Positions 58,314 to 64,000 of a stretch of DNA of 64,000 bases are shown here, one piece after another. The notes below the pieces were generated by a model. The model was not told where the DNA came from. It did no database searches and saw only the letters and a list, made by a program, of their open reading frames with translations. The position numbers and the translations under genes were made by a program. Numbering within the stretch: position 1 is the first letter of the stretch; every line of letters begins with the position of its first letter. The stretch is from IMG/VR virus record IMGVR_UViG_3300020048_003360, positions 1 through 64,000 of that record. The stretch is one strand, 5' to 3'. Source of the stretch: a virus. Its lineage: Duplodnaviria; Caudoviricetes.

Positions 58314-59099
58314 ATGACTATGAAATCCGCTGCACGACTAGCTAGAGATCAAGAAGAAAAGAACTTAAAGAAAGGTACGAATAGTGAAAATATTACTTTT
58401 AAGAAACACCCAATGCCAGCAGTAAATAAATTTGCTAATACAAAAAATCATTTAAAAGATAATGCATGTTGGGATGAACTGAATTCAATGTATAGCAGTA
58501 TGTGTCAATTACTGGGTAGTCACTCCGCATTAAGTGAGTTTGCTAAAGACCCAATCTTAACTAGTGCTGTTGTGGATAAAGAACTAATGATAACTAATCT
58601 CAATATTCTAGCTAGAGATCTTCAGAATATGAGTACTGAGCTATCTGAAATTAGTGCTTTACATAGGAATAGAACTGGTGGTACGCGTGATCCAGATCAA
58701 TTAATGAAGACTATTTCTATTTTTGAAATGTATAATCTATTTATGGAAAGGCACGATGCTGTTGTTATGCCTACTGCATATGATTTAGTAGGTCAATTTA
58801 ACGAAGCAGAGCAACTTCTATTAAAGGCACAAAAAGCTAAAGAAGGTTTAACTGATCCTAATGTAATTAGTGATGTTGAAATTATTAATATTAGGACTGG
58901 AGAAACTGGTGAAGCTATGACTCCTATTGAAGGTGAGGTTCTTACAGCACGTCAATCGGAACCACTAGATTTTGAAAAACTAAAGAATTCATTTATGGAG
59001 CTACATCCAGAATTATCCGATATAGATCAGGATATTGATATTGTGACCAATCGAATAAGTGAAAAATCATTACCCAATATTGATGAGGTAACTAAGTAA
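58314..59099 (+). CDS. Conserved hypothetical protein (phiKZ gp78-like position)
   Basis: SD aggatag; helical WDELNSMY...LL; stop overlaps the next start. Confidence 0.6.
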   Translation: MTMKSAARLARDQEEKNLKKGTNSENITFKKHPMPAVNKFANTKNHLKDNACWDELNSMYSSMCQLLGSHSALSEFAKDPILTSAVVDKELMITNLNILARDLQNMSTELSEISALHRNRTGGTRDPDQLMKTISIFEMYNLFMERHDAVVMPTAYDLVGQFNEAEQLLLKAQKAKEGLTDPNVISDVEIINIRTGETGEAMTPIEGEVLTARQSEPLDFEKLKNSFMELHPELSDIDQDIDIVTNRISEKSLPNIDEVTK

Positions 59100-60718
59100 T
59101 GGCTAATATTGAAAAAAGTATTCTACCTAATGAAGAAGCATTAGATAATGTATTGGAAAATACTGGCGCATTAGATGAGATCACATTGCCCACTGCTGAA
59201 GAAGATTTAGTAGTAGATAGTATTCCTGATAATAGCAATACTGGTGTTTTAGATGAAATTGTAGTGCCGGAGTCCAGTGATAAAGAATTATCTAGTGATA
59301 ATGGTACAGAAAAACCAAGAGTAGTTATTAATAGAACACCAGCAAAAAATGTAATTCAAGAGTCTGAAGTATTTGCTCCATTAGATGATCCCAAAGATGC
59401 TGACGGTATTGCCTTATCGTTACCATCAGATACTCAAGCTAATATCAACACTCTATTAGAAGGTATGCCTAATATTGATATTAAGGAAACCCCTAATGGA
59501 TCTGAATGGATTGAGCGTATTAAAGCTGCTAAATACACACGTCCATTTGGTGAGTGGTTTGACGATACTGTAGAACGCGCTGACTCTATGTTTAAGCAAT
59601 CAGTACAGTCAGAAAAGGGTAAGTTGACTGCTGGTGGTTTAAAGTTTAACGATGGTATGGGTACTAAACTAACTGGTGAAAGAGCTGTATTGCGTGTGCG
59701 GGCTCTTACAGGCCTCGGTAGTGTGGTGATGGTACCACTCTGGCACTCTGGTTTTTGGATCACTCTAAAGGCCCCTACAGAGTCTGCTATGTTGGAGTTA
59801 AATCGTAGACTATCTGAAGAAAAAATTGAATTGGGTAGAGCTACATATGGTCTAGCTTTTTCTAACAATTCAGTTTTCTTTGCTGGATGGTTAATTGACT
59901 TTGCTTTGAGCCATGTTTATGATACTAGTTTAAAAGCTGATGTATCTGAAGATATTCGTAGCAGAATTAGTCAATTAGACGTACCTCTACTAATCTGGGG
60001 TTTAGCTTGTGCCATCTGGCCAAATGGTTTTCCATATGCTAGAGCTGTTATGGATCAGAGTACTGAACAAACTAAAATCATTAAAGAAAAAGTAAATGTA
60101 GGTAGATTGCTGTGGGTAGATAATTTATCTTTAACTCCATGGCAAATTTCACATATGGCGCAGAGACATGGTAACAGCATGACTGCTGAAACACTGGATC
60201 GCTATAAGAGTGAATTTACAAGAGGTAAAGGTAGGGTAGTAAAGTTAAATGACTCTATCTCTATCACACTACGTGTACCTAATATAGATCAGTATATTAC
60301 GTCTGGTCAAAAATGGGTAAATAACATTGTGGCTATGGTGGATAAAGCCTTCAATATGTCGGCAAATGATGGAGTTAGAGATAGCTACATTATGGATCAA
60401 GGTAAAGCTACAAACTTACGACAATTTGCACACTTTGTAGAATCACTAGAAGTAGCGGATGGCGTAATTGATGATGTCGATACCCTAGATCAGACATTTG
60501 ATGCTCTTAGTAGTAGTAATGAAATTCGTACTGCTTTCTTTAAAGGTATTAAAGAATTTATTGAAGATGCTACTATAGCGGTAATTGCTATTCCAGTAAC
60601 TGAAGATGCTGAAAAATCTGATTTGCCTAGATTTCCACATCTACTACCATTGGATGTGATGTCAGTTTTTTTTATCCAAGTAACCACAACAGTATATCTA
60701 ATTCAAGCTCGGAATTAG
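59099..60718 (+). CDS. Conserved protein (phiKZ gp77-like), candidate tail/baseplate assembly chaperone 'G'
   Basis: Acidic N-terminus; PLWHSGFWITLKAP, LIWGLACAIWPNG, LRQF.HFV, PLDV..FF; T8 run near the 3' end. Confidence 0.6.
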   Translation: MANIEKSILPNEEALDNVLENTGALDEITLPTAEEDLVVDSIPDNSNTGVLDEIVVPESSDKELSSDNGTEKPRVVINRTPAKNVIQESEVFAPLDDPKDADGIALSLPSDTQANINTLLEGMPNIDIKETPNGSEWIERIKAAKYTRPFGEWFDDTVERADSMFKQSVQSEKGKLTAGGLKFNDGMGTKLTGERAVLRVRALTGLGSVVMVPLWHSGFWITLKAPTESAMLELNRRLSEEKIELGRATYGLAFSNNSVFFAGWLIDFALSHVYDTSLKADVSEDIRSRISQLDVPLLIWGLACAIWPNGFPYARAVMDQSTEQTKIIKEKVNVGRLLWVDNLSLTPWQISHMAQRHGNSMTAETLDRYKSEFTRGKGRVVKLNDSISITLRVPNIDQYITSGQKWVNNIVAMVDKAFNMSANDGVRDSYIMDQGKATNLRQFAHFVESLEVADGVIDDVDTLDQTFDALSSSNEIRTAFFKGIKEFIEDATIAVIAIPVTEDAEKSDLPRFPHLLPLDVMSVFFIQVTTTVYLIQARN

Positions 60719-60721
60719 ATA
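60667..60721 (+). promoter_or_regulatory. Candidate -1 frameshift signal: T TTT TTT heptamer plus downstream 10-bp hairpin
   Basis: GTT TTT TTT ATC in frame; the -1 frame is open 60631-61143; hairpin tatctaattc-aagctcg-gaattagata at 60695-60721. Confidence 0.55.
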
Positions 60722-60738
60722 ATCCTGAAGCTCATGTA

Positions 60739-61143
60739 GTGCATCCTAGTTTTGGTGAAACAGTAGAATGTAGTGCCGCTATAGAGGATCTTTTAAATAA
60801 AGTTCCTATACTGTGCTCTACAGATACACAACTATTACTAATGGATAAGTATGATTTCATATATGGAATATGTAATCATGATTTAGTAGAAGCTAGTAGG
60901 CCGCTTTCTATTATAGCGCTACATCCAGCTGAAAATACTGATGCTGGTAGTACCATTTACGAGAGAATTGATCAGTTTGCCACTTTACAGGTAGGTAAGT
61001 ACTTTAATCTATCTTTAACTGAATTCCTAGAATATCCAAGAGATATTGTAATACATATTTTAGAGATTGCATCAAAAATGCAAGAAAAAGGAATTTCAGA
61101 TCAAAGTGGCATCTTAGACGAGCTTACAGGTAATAGTAAGTAA
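60739..61143 (+). CDS. Conserved protein (phiKZ gp76-like), candidate frameshift extension 'T'
   Basis: Only a GTG start without SD; GKYFNLSLTEFLEYPRDIVIHILE resembles chaperone T-domain / T4 gp51-type motifs. Confidence 0.6.
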   Translation: MHPSFGETVECSAAIEDLLNKVPILCSTDTQLLLMDKYDFIYGICNHDLVEASRPLSIIALHPAENTDAGSTIYERIDQFATLQVGKYFNLSLTEFLEYPRDIVIHILEIASKMQEKGISDQSGILDELTGNSK

Positions 61144-61144
61144 A

Positions 61145-61195
61145 TCATATACCCCACACCTAAACTCATATAGAGAATAGGTGTGGGGTATATGA
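61145..61195. terminator. Bidirectional terminator followed by TATGACG (plus)
   Basis: tcatataccccacaccta...taggtgtggggtatatga between convergent genes. Confidence 0.85.
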
Positions 61196-61209
61196 CGTGA
61201 TATTAAGAT

Positions 61210-61572
61210 TTATCCATAAACGATTTTACCAACAGGCGTAATAATTACTCCAGAAAGCCACCCGAAGCTATCATACTCACCACGTACTACCCTATAGCCA
61301 GCTTTAACTAAAACATCGTGAGTTAGATACGCGGGAGTACCTTCAGATGTAATTAATACACTATCTGCAAGTGAGATAATTTCATCATAGAGGGTAGTGA
61401 ATTCATCATCTCCATTATTATCTGGCTGTACAGATAACCAGTTATGTGCTGGGTTGGTAGATATTTTAGTAACGTCAGTAGGGAAAGTATATTTCTCGAC
61501 TAACTCTTTTGGTAATGCAACTAAACTATTTAAACACTCAATCAATTTCATTACTTGTTCATCTTTAATCAT
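61210..61572 (-). CDS. Hypothetical protein (120 aa)
   Basis: SD aaggaag; C-terminal GEYDSFGWLSGVIITPVGKIVYG. Confidence 0.65.
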   Translation of the reverse strand: MIKDEQVMKLIECLNSLVALPKELVEKYTFPTDVTKISTNPAHNWLSVQPDNNGDDEFTTLYDEIISLADSVLITSEGTPAYLTHDVLVKAGYRVVRGEYDSFGWLSGVIITPVGKIVYG

Positions 61573-61603
61573 TTCTTACTTCCTTTATTAAAAATCTAAA
61601 TAG

Positions 61604-62530
61604 TTACTTAATCCATTTCAGTAATGTCTGAATATCGATCGTAAATCCCGTTGCTGTCTTATGTCCACCACCACCAAAGTTTTCAGCTAATTCAGTAGTA
61701 TCAAACTCAGGAGTAGAGCGTAAGCTACATTTACACAAATTATACTTATCTAAATACCACAGCAATGCGAATGTACCGGTTTCTAGAGCTAGGCGATGGC
61801 CTACATCAGACTGTAGGTGTGGTGGACAGTTAACCGCTAAACAGTAGAGTGTGTCTGTACCATAGGCCTTCTGGAGACCTGGAGACATAATCTCACAACG
61901 CCTAGATCCACCTCTGATTACTGATTCCACATTAGCGTAGTGGGCTTTTAACAGAATACCTCCATCGGCAATAAACTTAGGATAAAATACTTCTGGGTTT
62001 TCAAAAAACCATTCATTTAGTTTTTCAAAATTCCATGGATATTCAGACCATACAGCTTTTGTAAAGGCCTTAGTATCTTTATATAGAAACTTCCATCGGT
62101 CACCATCATCAGCAAACTTAATAAAATCCGGTATTGTTGTTTCGGGATTAAAAAACTCCCATGCAATCAAAGCACCCGATCTATCATTATCTAAACACAC
62201 GCTGAGTTTATCGTCTGAGAAGAAGTGTGGTTTAGAGGTATCATATTCCTTACCCAACCACTTTTTAAAAGAACTCTCGTGATGATCTAACCACACTACA
62301 TGTACTGATCTATTTTTAATTTCATTTAAAATCTCCATTTCAAATGAAAAATCTAAAATATAAACATGTAGATTTAAATCGCCTAACTTCTCTAAATCCT
62401 CGATAGTTTTTATTTCACCATATTGCACAGCTATATATTCGGTATCAGTAGTACCATATACTTTCCATGCAGCCATAGCAGCGCAAATACCATCAAAACA
62501 ACTTTTATGATATAATATTTTCTTTTTCAC
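61604..62530 (-). CDS. DHH/DHHA1-family phosphoesterase (NrnB/oligoribonuclease-like)
   Basis: ILYHKSCFDG, LDFS, WLDHHES, SGALIAW, SLRS, FGGGGHKTATGF. Confidence 0.88.
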   Translation of the reverse strand: MKKKILYHKSCFDGICAAMAAWKVYGTTDTEYIAVQYGEIKTIEDLEKLGDLNLHVYILDFSFEMEILNEIKNRSVHVVWLDHHESSFKKWLGKEYDTSKPHFFSDDKLSVCLDNDRSGALIAWEFFNPETTIPDFIKFADDGDRWKFLYKDTKAFTKAVWSEYPWNFEKLNEWFFENPEVFYPKFIADGGILLKAHYANVESVIRGGSRRCEIMSPGLQKAYGTDTLYCLAVNCPPHLQSDVGHRLALETGTFALLWYLDKYNLCKCSLRSTPEFDTTELAENFGGGGHKTATGFTIDIQTLLKWIK

Positions 62531-62564
62531 TTTACTTCCTTTATAAAGATTAATTTAAAGTAAT

Positions 62565-62606
62565 TCCATATAAGTAATATATTGCCAAAATTATTTTGAA
62601 TACGAC
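62565..62606 (-). promoter_or_regulatory. Conserved 42-bp early-promoter cassette, copy 2 (TATTAC core)
   Basis: 37/42 identical to 55221-55262; gtaata at 62574-62579. Confidence 0.75.
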
Positions 62607-62607
62607 A

Positions 62608-62645
62608 TATAGAGACACTAGCACCATAGTGCTAGTGTCTCTATA
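62608..62645 (-). terminator. Stem-loop followed by TATGTCG
   Basis: tatagagacactagcac-cata-gtgctagtgtctctata. Confidence 0.85.
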
Positions 62646-62652
62646 GTCTTAA

Positions 62653-62859
62653 CTATATTACTTCAATTAAAACATTTTCACCCTCTAAAAAATCAATATA
62701 ACATGTTCTACAAAAACTTACTTTTGTAGTGTGTCCATCTATTGACATCCATAATGTTACCGCAGCATCCTCGTGATGATGTCTAGTACACTTAGTGTCA
62801 TCTAGAACACTTATCGCGCTATATACACTATGTGTATTTTTATTTAAGTTCAAAATCAC
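62653..62859 (-). CDS. Small zinc-ribbon-like protein
   Basis: KCTRHH...FCRTCY. Confidence 0.55.
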   Translation of the reverse strand: MILNLNKNTHSVYSAISVLDDTKCTRHHHEDAAVTLWMSIDGHTTKVSFCRTCYIDFLEGENVLIEVI

Positions 62860-62871
62860 TAAGTAGTTCCT

Positions 62872-63513
62872 TTAAATACTAGTATTAGTAGTTGTAGTTG
62901 TTTGGTATCTAAAATAAACTACAGGTGGCTCTACAGGAGCTACATCACATGTATAGTCATAGTCTTCTAAAAATTCTAACATTAGTTTTAAATCCACTAT
63001 ACCATTTTCATATCTACTAATAGTTTCTACCATTTTATTAGTATCATTAATTAATACTTCAGCTAGTAGATTTTCACTCTTTTTAAGACTATCTCTTTTT
63101 AACAATCTCTTTATTGTTTTATTTCTTTTCTTTATTTTAGCTCGTAATCTAGCTATTTCTATTGTATTGCCAACAATACTTTCATTAATTTTTTCTTTCA
63201 TTATATCTAATGGATTAGTAATGTCTAAATTAATACTATCTGAATCCATTATACTAATAAACATCCCCGCTAATTGACCTAATATTTTAGCGATACCATT
63301 ATCTACACCAGAATCAATTTCCCCAGTAGCATCATAACGACTTTTTCTATCTGGATTACTAAGTATTCCGTATGCTGTTTGTAGTTTTACAAATTCATCA
63401 TTATCACCACCCTCCCTATCTGGGTGATGTTGATTAGCTAGTCGTTTATACGCTTTTTTAATATCCTCATTACTAGCATTTTTATCTACGCCCACTACAG
63501 TATACGGATTCAT
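62872..63513 (-). CDS. J-domain (class C Hsp40) co-chaperone
   Basis: NPYTVVGV...EDIKKAYKRLA.QHHPDR.GG...F..LQ.AY.IL....RKSRYD. HPD is intact; there is no G/F region or CxxCxGxG repeat. Confidence 0.9.
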   Translation of the reverse strand: MNPYTVVGVDKNASNEDIKKAYKRLANQHHPDREGGDNDEFVKLQTAYGILSNPDRKSRYDATGEIDSGVDNGIAKILGQLAGMFISIMDSDSINLDITNPLDIMKEKINESIVGNTIEIARLRAKIKKRNKTIKRLLKRDSLKKSENLLAEVLINDTNKMVETISRYENGIVDLKLMLEFLEDYDYTCDVAPVEPPVVYFRYQTTTTTNTSI

Positions 63514-63521
63514 CTTATTTC

Positions 63522-63884
63522 CTATTCAATACAACTCTCTAAATTAGTAGAAACTTCTAATTTAATATGACTTTCTAAAGCACTGGGTAATTGTGAGTGT
63601 GTTTTTGGATCCATGAGCGTGATATCGGCATATATTGGTTGATGTATAACTAAACCCCACCACTTGTCTTTTATAATTCCAGCTTTCATACATCTACAAC
63701 CACAGATTAGGCCATGTGCAGCCAGATCCCAAAGAGCATCTGTAAAAGTATCAAAAGATACATTATTAGCATTTGTCCTAACCATTATTTCAGTAGTGCC
63801 TAATGCATTCTCTTTATATATGTTATCTAGAACTATTAAAATTTTATTTTGCAACACTAGTCGTATCATGAAAAATAATCTCAT
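63522..63884 (-). CDS. Hypothetical protein
   Basis: ORF of ~120 aa; weak start context. Confidence 0.5.
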   Translation of the reverse strand: MRLFFMIRLVLQNKILIVLDNIYKENALGTTEIMVRTNANNVSFDTFTDALWDLAAHGLICGCRCMKAGIIKDKWWGLVIHQPIYADITLMDPKTHSQLPSALESHIKLEVSTNLESCIE

Positions 63885-63905
63885 CAATATATTTTAACCA
63901 CAATA

Positions 63906-63939
63906 TTCACTACTCTAATTTACGCTTAAGAGTAGTGAA
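63906..63939. terminator. 11-bp inverted repeat
   Basis: ttcactactct-aatttacgctta-agagtagtgaa. Confidence 0.45.
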
Positions 63940-64000
63940 CATGTTCCCTGAATACGGGATCGTATCCACATATCATTTAGAATTTATTCTCTTATAAGTA

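Noticed and set aside
1-64000. Stop-codon reassignment
   Set aside because: Long genes are intact and densely packed in the standard code, and TAG/TGA terminate genes at sensible positions (e.g. 9444, 60718).
1-64000. tRNA, rRNA, major capsid, nuclear shell (ChmA) or tubulin genes
   Set aside because: No cloverleaf/T-loop or recognisable motifs; nucleus formation is only inferred from the phiKZ-like gene set and cannot be shown from this window.
63888-64000. Possible structured RNA or gene fragment at the right edge
   Set aside because: All minus frames are closed within ~30 codons and only short hairpins are present; too little context to call.
1-64000. Host assignment
   Set aside because: No host-diagnostic sequence; AT-richness is typical of phiKZ-like phages regardless of host.

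Overview
AT-rich 64-kb segment of a phiKZ-like (Chimalliviridae-type) jumbo myovirus genome, read in the standard genetic code and mostly on the minus strand. The phiKZ gp numbers below come from recalled motifs plus collinearity, not from a database search. (i) 1-28.6 kb is an unusually large virion appendage locus. It holds a beta-propeller repeat gene missed by the ORF track because it runs off the left edge, an FG-GAP propeller, and two ~2000-aa fibres built from shared near-identical DNA modules. It also holds several pairs of paralogues linked by shared domains, plus an embedded GT2 glycosyltransferase, an HExxH protein and a DUF4376-like protein. (ii) 28.7-50.6 kb is the conserved phiKZ gp101-gp84-like structural block, including the protease-processed inner-head paralogue family and baseplate-like genes, with a perfect 244-bp tandem duplication. 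(iii) 50.7-64 kb holds a small GC-richer island, the exonuclease/motif-A half of the split family-B DNA polymerase, the C-terminal beta-prime subunit of the virion RNA polymerase, accessory early genes (DHH phosphoesterase, J-domain protein) behind a conserved 42-bp TATTAC promoter cassette, and a gene pair joined by a T8 slippery site. Best leads: a candidate programmed -1 frameshift at 60667-60673 giving a G/GT-style chaperone pair; the domain-linked, possibly glycosylated and recombination-shuffled fibre system; and terminator+promoter cassettes that may mobilise accessory genes. No tRNA, rRNA, CRISPR array, intron/intein or reverse transcriptase was seen.
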